64,000 nt of DNA, taken from assembly GCA_963815215.1 (NCBI GenBank), contig CAWFFU010000003.1, positions 1,120,001-1,184,000 of the forward strand, read 5' to 3'. Source of the DNA: an uncultured Trueperaceae bacterium (GTDB lineage: Bacteria; Deinococcota; Deinococci; Deinococcales; Trueperaceae). Positions 49,530-58,831 of this stretch are shown here, piece by piece. The notes beneath the pieces are model-generated. The model was given only the letters and a program-made list of their open reading frames with translations. It did no database searches and was not told the DNA's origin. The translations under genes and the position numbers were made by a program. Within the stretch, counting starts at the first letter, position 1; every line of letters starts with the position of its first letter.

Positions 49530-50402
49530 ATGCCCATCGGATTCATCGGTCTCGGCGTCATGGGGTTGCCCATGGCCCTGCGACTCGCTGGAGCAAACGT
49601 CGAGCTCGTCGTCTGGAACCGCTCGCCGGAGAGGTCCGAACGACTCCGCGCGGCCGGAGCAACGGTAGCGCCCAGCCCGGCCGGAGTCTTCGCGCGGGCG
49701 CGCACGGTGATCCTCATGCTGGCCGACGCAGACGCGACCGACGCCACCTTGGGCCGCGGCACCCCCGCGTTCGCCGCCAACGTGGCAGGACGAACGATCG
49801 TGCCCATGGGCACGACCACGCCCGGCTACTCGCACCGGCTCGAAGCCGACGTCCTCGCTGCCGGCGGTCGGTTCGTCGAAGCCCCGGTCTCCGGGTCGCG
49901 GGGACCCGCCGAGGATGGCACCCTGGTCGCGATGCTGGCCGGCGAGCCCGCCAGTATCGAGCGGGTCCGACCGCTCCTCGATCCGATGTGCCGGGACTCC
50001 GTCGTGTGCGGACCGGTCCCCACGGCGCTGCTCATGAAGCTATCTGTCAACGTCTTCCTGATCGGGATGGTCACGAGCCTGGCGGAGTCCGTGCACTTCG
50101 CCGAACGCCACGGGCTGGACTTGAGCCTGCTCCGGACCGTGATCGACGCCGGACCGATGGCGAGCGTCGTGTCACGGGCCAAGATGGCCAAGCTCGTCGA
50201 ACGAGACTTCACTGTGCAGGCCGCGATCCCGGACGTGCTCAAGAACGCACGGCTCATCACCGACGAGGCGCGCGCGGCCTCCCTGGCCTCGCCCTTGCTG
50301 GACGTCTGCCACGCCCTGTATGCCGAGGCCCTGACGCTGGGCTTCGGCCGGTCCGACATGGCTGCCGTGCTCCACGCGATCGAGGGTCGTACCGACGCGT
50401 GA
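49530..50402 (+). CDS. NAD(P)-dependent oxidoreductase, beta-hydroxyacid dehydrogenase family
   Basis: [21 protein letters not shown], catalytic MKLSVN. Confidence 0.92.
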   Translation: MPIGFIGLGVMGLPMALRLAGANVELVVWNRSPERSERLRAAGATVAPSPAGVFARARTVILMLADADATDATLGRGTPAFAANVAGRTIVPMGTTTPGYSHRLEADVLAAGGRFVEAPVSGSRGPAEDGTLVAMLAGEPASIERVRPLLDPMCRDSVVCGPVPTALLMKLSVNVFLIGMVTSLAESVHFAERHGLDLSLLRTVIDAGPMASVVSRAKMAKLVERDFTVQAAIPDVLKNARLITDEARAASLASPLLDVCHALYAEALTLGFGRSDMAAVLHAIEGRTDA

Positions 50403-50475
50403 TCCGCGTGATCCCATCGGCGTGATCCCATCTGCGTGATCCGATCCCGGCCGTGCTGACCCCACGGATCGACCG

Positions 50476-51372
50476 CTATCCCGGCGCGGAGCTCCCCGCG
50501 GCCCGCCCCCGCACCGCGGCGGCCCATGCCGCGGGCGTCAGACCGTAGGTCCGTTTGAACGACCGAGACATGTGGCTCTGGTCGGTGAACCCGGACTCCA
50601 GGGCCACGGCAGACAGCGGCATGCCCGCAAGCATCATGCGGCGCGCCCGGTCCAGTCGCCGCATCGTGCAGAAACGGCTCGGGCTGGTGCCGAAGGCCTG
50701 CCGGAACCGCCGCGCGAGCGTCCACCGGTCCAGACCCGAGATCCGCTCGAGCGCCTCGACCCGGTGCCGTACCGTCGGATCCTCAACGATGATCTCCCTC
50801 ACGCGCAAGAGCTGGGCCCACGGCAGCGGAGACGGGCGGGGCGCCGACGCGCCGGCGTGCCGCTGCAACGAGGCGGCGACGGCCACCGCGACGTCCACGC
50901 GCTCGACCTCCCCGAGAGGCTCATCGATCCGCCGCAGGTATGCGCCCAGCGTCGGATCCATCTGCGCGCGCCCGATGACCGGATCGGCCACGAACGGGAG
51001 CGCCCGCCCCCCCAGCGCTTCCTGCACGAGTGCGGGGTCGATGTAGAGGATCGCATAAGCGAACCCGTCCTCCGTGCCGGCGCCACCGTCGTGCACCTCA
51101 TCCGGGTGGAGGACATGTCCTTCCCCCGGCAGGCACACGCGCCGTCGACCGCGGTATCGGAACGTCTGCACACCCGCCAGCGTCACCCCGATGGCGTACG
51201 TGTCGTGCCGATGCGGCGCGTATGCCAGGCCCCGGAGGCGCACCGCGACACGCTCGACGCCCTCGGCTCCGGCACCGAGCTTCAGCCACAATCCGCTCGC
51301 TCCGCGTTCGCCGACAGGCTCGGACAGCCCGCGCAAAGGGGCGTCGGCATCCGTATCCAGGCTCACTCTCAC
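50476..51372 (-). CDS. AraC family transcriptional regulator
   Basis: PHRHDTY cupin, PDEVHDG, GFTDQSHMSRSFKRTYGLTP; TAGCTT -10 lies 7 nt before GTG 51372. Confidence 0.9.
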   Translation of the reverse strand: MRVSLDTDADAPLRGLSEPVGERGASGLWLKLGAGAEGVERVAVRLRGLAYAPHRHDTYAIGVTLAGVQTFRYRGRRRVCLPGEGHVLHPDEVHDGGAGTEDGFAYAILYIDPALVQEALGGRALPFVADPVIGRAQMDPTLGAYLRRIDEPLGEVERVDVAVAVAASLQRHAGASAPRPSPLPWAQLLRVREIIVEDPTVRHRVEALERISGLDRWTLARRFRQAFGTSPSRFCTMRRLDRARRMMLAGMPLSAVALESGFTDQSHMSRSFKRTYGLTPAAWAAAVRGRAAGSSAPG

Positions 51373-51552
51373 CGCACTCAAGCTACACCAGGGCGGACCC
51401 CGGCGGGCCCGCCGGAAGGCCGCACCATGACGGGCGCTCGGCCGCTCGACACGGCCCGGCCACAGGGGAGGAACCACGCAGCCAACGGGACAATCGCACC
51501 TCTCGACCACGCGCGAAGCGGACCTACCCTGAGCCGACGGCTGCGAGGTCCC

Positions 51553-52539
51553 GTGCACATCCCTGACGGCTTCATCTCCCTTCCCACTTCGCTCGCTGCC
51601 GCCGCGGCGGCAGCGGCGGGCGTGGGCGTGGCCTTGCGACGGAGCGACGCCGCCCTGGAACGGAGGGCCGTCCCCCTCGCCGGGCTCCTCGCTGCGTTCA
51701 TCTTCGCCGCCCAGATGCTCAACGTCCCCATCGCGGCCGGCACCAGCGGCCACCTCCTGGGCGCAGGCCTGGCGGCCGTCCTGCTGGGGCCGTGGCTCGC
51801 CACGGTCAGCTTGACGGCCGTCGTGCTCGTGCAGGCCTTGCTGTTCGCGGACGGCGGGATCGTGGCCCTCGGCCTCAACGTGCTCAACATGGCGGTGGTG
51901 GCGCCCTGGCTGGCCTGGGGCGCGTTCCGCCTCGCCCAGGCGACCCTGCCGCGCAACTCAGCGTCCGACGCGACCGCCACGTTCCTCGCGGGCGCGCTCG
52001 GAGTCGTGGGTGCGGCCGGCGCCTTCGGCCTCGAATACGCGCTGGGCGGCGTGGGTGGCGTCCCCGTGTTGCTGGTGGCAGGCACCATGCTCGGCGTCCA
52101 CGCCGTCATCGGGGTGGGGGAGGGACTGATCACGGCCGCCGCGGTCGGCACGATCCGCTCGCTCCGTCCCGATCTCGTCGCGAGCGCCGGCCCCAGGTCC
52201 GCGCGTGCCGCGCACGGAGCGCGCCGCCGACGCCTGGCGGGCGCCGCCGCGGTCCTGGCCGCCCTGGCACTGGCCGCTGCCGCGGGCCCACTGGCTAGTA
52301 CCTTGCCGGACGGCCTCGAGCACGTGGCGTCGACGCTCGGATTCGCGGGCCACGAGCGCCTCAGTCCGGTCGCCGCCGGACCGCTGGCGGGCTACTCCAT
52401 GCCCGGCATGGCCGCCGCCGTGGCGGGAACGTCGCTGGCCGGGGTGTTGGGCGTGCTCGCCGTACTTGCCGTGACCGCGGCCGTGCGGGGCCTGCGGAGC
52501 CTCCACGCCCGCGGAACCGAGGAGCGCGACCCGACGTGA
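51553..52539 (+). CDS. cbiM: ECF Co/Ni transporter S component CbiM fused to a PDGLE domain
   Basis: MHIPDGF N-terminus, AAQMLN, GTSGHLLG, FADGG, PDGLE. Confidence 0.92.
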   Translation: MHIPDGFISLPTSLAAAAAAAAGVGVALRRSDAALERRAVPLAGLLAAFIFAAQMLNVPIAAGTSGHLLGAGLAAVLLGPWLATVSLTAVVLVQALLFADGGIVALGLNVLNMAVVAPWLAWGAFRLAQATLPRNSASDATATFLAGALGVVGAAGAFGLEYALGGVGGVPVLLVAGTMLGVHAVIGVGEGLITAAAVGTIRSLRPDLVASAGPRSARAAHGARRRRLAGAAAVLAALALAAAAGPLASTLPDGLEHVASTLGFAGHERLSPVAAGPLAGYSMPGMAAAVAGTSLAGVLGVLAVLAVTAAVRGLRSLHARGTEERDPT

Positions 52540-53393
52540 GGCCCGTTCGCGTGAGGCCCGTTCGCGTGAGGCCCCGTCGCGCAGCGCCCGAAGCGGGCCA
52601 TGCCTCGGCCGCGACCCACACCGCGACCCAGACCGCGACCCAGGCCGCGACGATACCGGGAGCGGTCCCTCCGGGCTGGACCCGTCTCGCCCCGCAGGCC
52701 AAGCTCGCCTCCATGCTGGCGACGGCGGTCGCCGTGGTGGCCCTGCCGGTCACGGCCTACGCCGCCTTCGTGGCCATCGCGGCCGTCCTCGCGGGATTGC
52801 TCGTCTCAGCCCGTATCCGGCCGCGTTGGCTGCTCCGGCGCATCTGGATCGGTACCCCTGTCGCGCTCTACGCGCTCCTCCTGCCCTTCACGCACGCGCA
52901 CCCCACCTCCACCCTGGTGGGCTTGCCGTGGTCGCCCGTCGGCGCCCAGGCGGGCGCCGCCCTGTTCATCAAGGCTGTCCTGTCGCTGCTGGCAGCGTCG
53001 CTGGTCGCTGCCACGACACCGAGCGCGGACCTGCTCGTAGGAGCGCAGCGCCTCGGTTTCCCGCCTCGGCTCATCGAGGTGGCCGGCTTCATGTTGCGTT
53101 ATCTCGATCTCGTGACGGCCGACCTTCAGCGGACCCGCACGTCGATGGCGGCCCGCGGCTTCCGCGGCCGGGGCGCCGCAGCCGCCCGCCTGCTGGCTCC
53201 TCTTCTGGGACACCTCTTCGTGCGCACGTTCGAGCGAGGCGAGCGCGTCTACCAGGCGATGCACGCACGCGGATACGACGGCCGCGTGCCCGACCTGGGG
53301 CGTCGGTCCGTGAGCGTCGACGCGTGGTTGACGGCCGGTCTCGTCCCGGCGTTCGCGTGGGGGTGCTACGCGTGGGCGCACCTCGCCCGCTAG
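52536..53393 (+). CDS. cbiQ: ECF transporter T component CbiQ
   Basis: FMLRY, SMAARG, RTFERGERVYQAMHARGY. Confidence 0.9.
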   Translation: MRPVRVRPVRVRPRRAAPEAGHASAATHTATQTATQAATIPGAVPPGWTRLAPQAKLASMLATAVAVVALPVTAYAAFVAIAAVLAGLLVSARIRPRWLLRRIWIGTPVALYALLLPFTHAHPTSTLVGLPWSPVGAQAGAALFIKAVLSLLAASLVAATTPSADLLVGAQRLGFPPRLIEVAGFMLRYLDLVTADLQRTRTSMAARGFRGRGAAAARLLAPLLGHLFVRTFERGERVYQAMHARGYDGRVPDLGRRSVSVDAWLTAGLVPAFAWGCYAWAHLAR

Positions 53394-53400
53394 GCCCGCC

Positions 53401-54234
53401 GTGACCCGGGACCGTCGCCACGCCGCCGGTATCACCGCTGCGGGCGCCTCGCCCGCCGACCCCGGCGGCGAAACGGCGCCGACTCGCGAAGGCCGGGAGC
53501 TGCTCGCCGTCGACGACCTCTGGTACGACTATCCCGACGGCACGGCCGCCCTGAGCGGCGCCTCGCTCCGGCTCCGGAGCGACGAGCGGCTGGCGCTGCT
53601 CGGGCCGAACGGCTCCGGCAAGACCACGCTCGTGCTGCACTTGCTCGGCGTCCTTCGCGCCGCCAGCGGCAGCATCCGCGTCCTGGGAAGGCCGCTCGAC
53701 TCCTCCGGCATCGACGCCGCGGGCGGCCGGCTAGGGGTCCTGTTCCAGGAGCCGCGCGACCAGCTCTTCATGGCGCGGGTGTGGGACGACGTGGCGTTCG
53801 GCCCCGCCAACCAGGGGCTGAGCGGCGACCCCCTCGACCGTCGTGTCGAGGAAGCGCTGTGCACCGTCGGCCTCGCGGGCGCCGGCGAACGCTCGCCGGC
53901 CCATCTGAGCGTCGGGGAGCAGCGCCGCGCCGCACTGGCAGCCGTGCTCGCCATGCGGCCCGAGGTCCTGGTGCTCGACGAGCCCACGGCGAACCTCGAC
54001 CCTTCCGGACGCCGCGATCTGGCGCGCCTGCTCATCGACCTGCAGATCCCGCTGCTGTTGGTGACGCACGACCTGCCGTTCGCCCTCGAGCTGTGTCCGA
54101 ACGCGCTCGTCATGGACGGCGGACACATCGTCGCCGGCGGCCCCACGGCGACACTCCTGGGCCAACGCGAGACCATGCGACGGCACCGTCTCGAGTTGCC
54201 CTACGGCTTCGACCCTGGGGCCGGTCGGGGGTAG
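53401..54234 (+). CDS. cbiO: ECF transporter ATPase CbiO
   Basis: GPNGSGKT, LFQEPRDQLF, DVAFGPAN, LSVGE, LDEPT. Confidence 0.92.
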   Translation: MTRDRRHAAGITAAGASPADPGGETAPTREGRELLAVDDLWYDYPDGTAALSGASLRLRSDERLALLGPNGSGKTTLVLHLLGVLRAASGSIRVLGRPLDSSGIDAAGGRLGVLFQEPRDQLFMARVWDDVAFGPANQGLSGDPLDRRVEEALCTVGLAGAGERSPAHLSVGEQRRAALAAVLAMRPEVLVLDEPTANLDPSGRRDLARLLIDLQIPLLLVTHDLPFALELCPNALVMDGGHIVAGGPTATLLGQRETMRRHRLELPYGFDPGAGRG

Positions 54235-54308
54235 CACGGGGACACGCTAGGCCGCGGGGCGCGGCCGAGGTCCGGAAGCCCCCACCAGCGGTCCCGCCCG
54301 AGCCGTCG

Positions 54309-54324
54309 CGTCAAGCGTTTGACG
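54309..54324. promoter_or_regulatory. Palindromic operator GTCAA-N4-TTGAC (copy 1)
   Basis: CGTCAAGCGTTTGACG; near-identical copy at 59401-59414. Confidence 0.5.
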
Positions 54325-54406
54325 GTGCGCCGCGGCCGAGCGCTGCACGATGGTCATCGCTGACCCCCTCCCCCATCCTCATCGGCGGACCCAGCAGGAG
54401 GAGACC

Positions 54407-55798
54407 ATGAGCGAACCCTACGACGTCATCGTGATCGGAGCCGGCCAGGGCGGTGGCCCACTCGCCGGCAAACTCGCCAAGGCCGGGCAGCGCGTCGCCC
54501 TCGTCGAGCGCCAGCACGCCGGCGGTACCTGCGTCAACGAGGGCTGCACCCCGACCAAGACCATGATCGCCAGCGCCCGCGTTGCCCACGTCGCACGCCG
54601 CGCCGCCGAATACGGCGTTCACACCGGCGACGGTGGCGTCACCATCGACCTGGAACGCGTGCGCCAACGCAAACGCGACATCGTCGAATCGTTCCGTGAC
54701 GGCTCCGAGGCCAGCCTCCGGAAGATCGAGCCGCTCGACCTCCTCATGGGCACCGCCCGCTTCACCGCACCCCACGAGATCCACGTGGACCTCAACGACG
54801 GCGGGCACCGCGCCCTGACCGCCCCAACCATCGTCATCGACGTCGGCACGCGGCCGACCGTCCCACCCATCGACGGCCTCGACAGCGTCGACTTCCACAC
54901 CAACGCCAGCATCATGGAGCTCGCCGAGGTCCCCGAGCATCTCATCATCATCGGAGGCGGCTACGTCGGCGTCGAGTTCGGCCAGATGTTCCGCCGCTTC
55001 GGGAGCCGCGTCACCCTCGTCGACCGCGGCCCTCAACTCCTCGCCCACGAGGACGCCGACGTCGCTGACGCCCTCACGGGCATCCTCCGCGACGAAGGCA
55101 TCGATGTCTGGCTGAACGCCGAAACGCGGTCGGTGGGCACCGTCGACGGCGGACTGTACCTCACGGCCACCGTCGACGGTGAGCGCCGCAGCGTCCGCGG
55201 GAGCCATCTGCTCGTCGCCACCGGGCGCCGCCCGAACACCGACGGCCTTGGGATCGAGCACGCCGGCATCACGCCCACCGAGCACGGTCACATCCGCGTG
55301 GACGATCGCCTCCGCACCGGCGTCGAAGGCATCTATGCCCTCGGTGACGTCACCGGTGGACCCGCCTTCACCCACACCTCGTACGACGACTACCGCATCC
55401 TCGCCTCCGACCTCCTCGGCGACGGCGGGTACCGCGGCCGTAGCGAACGGCTGCTCGCCTACACCGTCTATAGCGACCCCCAGCTCGGGCGCGTCGGTCT
55501 CACCGAACGACAGGCGCGCGCCACCGGACGCGACGTGTGGGTAGCCACCCTCCCCATGAGCCACGTGGCCCGCGCCCTCGAGACCGACGAGACGCGCGGA
55601 TTCATGAAGGCCATCGTCGACGCCGGCTCGGCCCGCATCCTCGGCGCGGCCGTCCTCGGATCGGAAGGCGGCGAGCTCGCGGCCGCCCTGCAGATCGCCA
55701 TGCTCGGCGACCTTCCCTACACCGCGCTGCGGGATGCGCCCCTCGCCCACCCCACCTACGCCGAGTCCCTGAACAACCTCTTCGCCCGCGTCCCGTGA
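54407..55798 (+). CDS. Class I pyridine nucleotide-disulfide oxidoreductase (mercuric-reductase-like / RclA-like)
   Basis: GGTCVNEGCTPTK, GGGYVG, HPTYAE; no C-terminal CC pair. Confidence 0.9.
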   Translation: MSEPYDVIVIGAGQGGGPLAGKLAKAGQRVALVERQHAGGTCVNEGCTPTKTMIASARVAHVARRAAEYGVHTGDGGVTIDLERVRQRKRDIVESFRDGSEASLRKIEPLDLLMGTARFTAPHEIHVDLNDGGHRALTAPTIVIDVGTRPTVPPIDGLDSVDFHTNASIMELAEVPEHLIIIGGGYVGVEFGQMFRRFGSRVTLVDRGPQLLAHEDADVADALTGILRDEGIDVWLNAETRSVGTVDGGLYLTATVDGERRSVRGSHLLVATGRRPNTDGLGIEHAGITPTEHGHIRVDDRLRTGVEGIYALGDVTGGPAFTHTSYDDYRILASDLLGDGGYRGRSERLLAYTVYSDPQLGRVGLTERQARATGRDVWVATLPMSHVARALETDETRGFMKAIVDAGSARILGAAVLGSEGGELAAALQIAMLGDLPYTALRDAPLAHPTYAESLNNLFARVP

Positions 55799-55815
55799 AG
55801 GGGGAAGCGCCACGA

Positions 55816-56016
55816 TTGTGGCCCGAGGGAACCCGCACACCGCGTTCGTGGCTGGCGTCGGCAGGGCTGTCGATCGCCGTCGTAGCGGTGATGGTGGTCG
55901 CGAGCGTCTTCCTGAATCCGCTTCTAGGCCGCGTCGTCCACTGGCGCCGCATCGACATCGGTGCGCCCATCGCCACACTCGTCTTCGCACTGGCGTTCCG
56001 ACGCCGCTGGCTCTGA
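55816..56016 (+). CDS. Small 2-TM hypothetical protein
   Basis: TTG start after GGGGGAAG; two hydrophobic helices; fills the gap between two co-oriented genes. Confidence 0.55.
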   Translation: MWPEGTRTPRSWLASAGLSIAVVAVMVVASVFLNPLLGRVVHWRRIDIGAPIATLVFALAFRRRWL

Positions 56017-56056
56017 GGGAACGCGGATGCGCTCGCCCCGTTCGGGAAGGTCGTCC

Positions 56057-56413
56057 ATGAACAAGATCGCCGTCCTCATCCTCGCCGACACCGAGACCCA
56101 CGGCGATCTCGGAAGGGCCGTCAACGCCCTGGAAGTCGCTAAGGAGTTCAAGGAAGCCGGGGACCAGGTCGCCATCGTCTTCGACGGGGCCGGCACCCGC
56201 TGGATCGCCGAGCTGTCGAATCCCGAGCACAAGCGGCACGCGCTCTTCGAATCGCTGCGAGATGTCATCCTCGGCGCCTGCGCCTTCTGCTCCGCCGCCT
56301 TCGGGGTGAAGGACGCCGTCGTCGCGGCGAACGTCAGCCTGTTGAGCGCGTTCGAGCAGCACCCCAGCATCCGCTCGCTCGTCAACGAGGGTTACCAGGT
56401 CATCACCTTCTGA
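56057..56413 (+). CDS. DsrE-like protein
   Basis: GRAVNAL, IVFDGAG, GACAFCS (CxxC), GYQVITF. Confidence 0.85.
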   Translation: MNKIAVLILADTETHGDLGRAVNALEVAKEFKEAGDQVAIVFDGAGTRWIAELSNPEHKRHALFESLRDVILGACAFCSAAFGVKDAVVAANVSLLSAFEQHPSIRSLVNEGYQVITF

Positions 56414-56477
56414 TCGCCTGGGCCGGTGGCAGGGCGCCACGAAGCTCCATGCCACAGCCCACGGAAGGAGCTGTCGA

Positions 56478-56600
56478 GTGCCGGATACCGCTGTCACCTT
56501 CGAGAACCGGCGGGGCGAGCGCCTGAGCGCCCGCCTCGCGCTGCCCGTCGATCGAGCGCCGGCAGCGTACGCGCTGTTCGCGCGCTGCTTCACCTGCTCA
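56478..56600 (+). pseudogene. N-terminal remnant of an alpha/beta hydrolase-OsmC fusion
   Basis: AAGGAG RBS; VTFENRRGERLSARLALP and AYALFARCFTCS match the AHCFTC family start; similarity ends at the crp stop codon. Confidence 0.7.
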
Positions 56601-57293
56601 GCCGTCGGCCAGCGAGTCCGCCAGCGACGCCAGCGCGGCAGCGTGCACCCGGTAGGTCCCCCGGCTCCCCTCCACCAGGCCGCGCTCACGCAGCTCCCCC
56701 ATGGCCATCGTCACGGACACCCGCGTCGCCGACACCATCGAGGCGATCTCCTCGTGCTTCAGGCTCGATGCCACCGTGACCCAGCCTTCGTCGTCCGCTT
56801 CGCCGAACCGCTCGGCCAGGCCCAGCAGCGCCTTCGCCACCCGCACCATCACCGGGTCGAAGCCGCTCGCGAGTTGCGCACGGCAATCGAACAGGTGCCC
56901 GGACAGGATCTCGCACACCCCCAGCACGAAGCCCGGCGCCTTCAACGACATCTGCAAGAACTGATCGCGGGAGATCGGACAGGTCACGACGTCCGTGAGC
57001 GCCACCGCCTCCGCGCGATACGCCGCTCCCTCCGCCACGAAGGCGTCGCCGATGAAGTCGTCGGGCCCGCACAGGGCCAGGATCCGCTCCTCCCCCTCCG
57101 GCGTCGCCACCGATACCTTCACGCGTCCCCTGGCGATCACGTGCATCTCGCTCGCCGGGTCCCCCGCCCGGAACACCGCGTCCCCCCGGCCGTACGGGCG
57201 CTCCGGACACACCCGCATGAACACGTCCATGTCCTGACGGGCGATGACTTCCGAGAACCGGGTATTGCGAACGACGAACGGACGATCACTCAT
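56598..57293 (-). CDS. Crp/Fnr family transcriptional regulator
   Basis: VFRAGDP, GRVKVS, DFIGD; HTH HEEIASMVSATRVSVT. Confidence 0.93.
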   Translation of the reverse strand: MSDRPFVVRNTRFSEVIARQDMDVFMRVCPERPYGRGDAVFRAGDPASEMHVIARGRVKVSVATPEGEERILALCGPDDFIGDAFVAEGAAYRAEAVALTDVVTCPISRDQFLQMSLKAPGFVLGVCEILSGHLFDCRAQLASGFDPVMVRVAKALLGLAERFGEADDEGWVTVASSLKHEEIASMVSATRVSVTMAMGELRERGLVEGSRGTYRVHAAALASLADSLADG

Positions 57294-57506
57294 GGTGGCC
57301 CGATCATAGCGTCCGGCACATCTCCCGGCCGGATTCCGGACGTACGCGACCTGCGGCGCCCCGGCCCGCGGCTACGCCTGTTCACGAGGAGCTCACGAGG
57401 AGCTGGGAGCGGCGGCCGACCGGACCCGCACCCCGTGCACGCGGTCAACTGCCGAACAGACGCGCTCGGCGGATGCGCCTACGATCAAAGCGAACCCGGA
57501 GGCGAC

Positions 57507-57938
57507 ATGGCATCGAGAGGCCTGCTATTCACGTTCCTGATCAGCGCCCTGGCGCTCGCGCCCATCGCCGCCGCCGGCACGCCCAGGAGCGGCACGCCCA
57601 GGAGTACCGTCGGCGAGAACGTTCCGGCGCCGCCGCTGCCCTTCCCCAGCCACAACGACCCCTCGCTGTGCGGCATCCCCCAACCGATGGGCAAGGGCGT
57701 CACAGGGGTGCTCGACGGGCGCTACCGCGGCGCGCTGGTCGAGCCGACCGTCTACCTCTACGACAGCCACCTGCGCAAGGCCGTCACCGGCGAGGCGCCG
57801 AGCGGAACGCCCGTCCGCGTGCTCTACTACCAGAGCAATCCCACGCTGGACTACTACATGGTTCGCGTGAAGACCTCGACTGGTAGCTTCGAAGGGTGGG
57901 TGCCCGCGCCGTTCCTGCGGGGCGTGACAACCCCCTGA
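57507..57938 (+). CDS. Secreted hypothetical protein, possibly SH3b-like
   Basis: GGAGG RBS, signal peptide, C-terminal YMVRV and EGWVPAPFL. Confidence 0.7.
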   Translation: MASRGLLFTFLISALALAPIAAAGTPRSGTPRSTVGENVPAPPLPFPSHNDPSLCGIPQPMGKGVTGVLDGRYRGALVEPTVYLYDSHLRKAVTGEAPSGTPVRVLYYQSNPTLDYYMVRVKTSTGSFEGWVPAPFLRGVTTP

Positions 57939-58095
57939 GCAGGCTTCGGCGCTGCGCAGCGCGCTCGGGCCAGCAGCCCTCACACGTGGCGCCGCGAACG
58001 ATCGAGGGCTCCGCCCCGGCGCCGCCGATCCGCTGTCGAGATCGGCGGCGCAACATCCCATGGCCGGCTCCCGCGGAGCCGAACCCGGGAGACGC

Positions 58096-58806
58096 TCAAT
58101 CGTCGCCCGGCACGGGCAGCAGCGGCACCCCCAGACCCCGCGCACGGCGCACGCCCAGGAACAACACCGTCCCGAACAGGATATGCGCAAGGTACACCGT
58201 GACCGCGAACTTCGCGCCCAGCGCCGCCCCGAAGAACCCCGCCCCCAACGCCTTCGGCACCGGACTCATCAGGAACCCCGTGCCCACCAGCAGCGCGTAC
58301 GGGAACGCCAGCCACGGCTGCCTCCGCCCGAACACCAGCATGTAGATCAGCACGAATGCCACGCCGTTGTACACGTGATCGGCCCACCCCAGCAGGTTCG
58401 ACGCCAGGTCCGGGCCGACCATGATCCGGTTCGTCAACAACACCCCCATCAGCATCGGCATCGACCCCGGCATGGCGTGGAACGCCCGGAACCCTACGAT
58501 GCGCACCAGCTCCAGGCCCGCCGTCGCCACGATCCCCACGCCGACACCCACCAGCAACGTGCGCCACAACCCGTTCCACTTCACCGCCGCCGCCACGACA
58601 CCGATCACGAAGAGCACGCCGATGGCGGGGAGCGTCACCTCCACCGCCAGGCGCGAGAGCGAGGCGTACCCCGCCTCGCTCACCGCGAACAGCACCGCGC
58701 CCGACAACCCGGCCGCGACGACGGCCACGACCCTCACGGCACGCTCCACGACCAGGCTGCCCGACCGACGATGGGAAGACGTCAGAGTACGACCTGCACG
58801 GTCCAT
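58096..58806 (-). CDS. Hypothetical multi-pass membrane protein
   Basis: About 6-7 TM segments with intramembrane His motifs GWADHVYNG and LAHILFG; GGAGGGA RBS. Confidence 0.8.
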   Translation of the reverse strand: MDRAGRTLTSSHRRSGSLVVERAVRVVAVVAAGLSGAVLFAVSEAGYASLSRLAVEVTLPAIGVLFVIGVVAAAVKWNGLWRTLLVGVGVGIVATAGLELVRIVGFRAFHAMPGSMPMLMGVLLTNRIMVGPDLASNLLGWADHVYNGVAFVLIYMLVFGRRQPWLAFPYALLVGTGFLMSPVPKALGAGFFGAALGAKFAVTVYLAHILFGTVLFLGVRRARGLGVPLLPVPGDD

Positions 58807-58831
58807 GGCCGTCCCTCCCTCGTCCCCGACC

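Noticed and set aside
50397..50447. CRISPR-like repeats (also 21897-21944 and 52535-52579)
   Set aside because: Units are 12-15 bp, directly adjacent without spacers, and no cas genes are present.
54407..55798. merA mercury resistance
   Set aside because: No C-terminal CC pair or NmerA domain, and no merR/T/P nearby.
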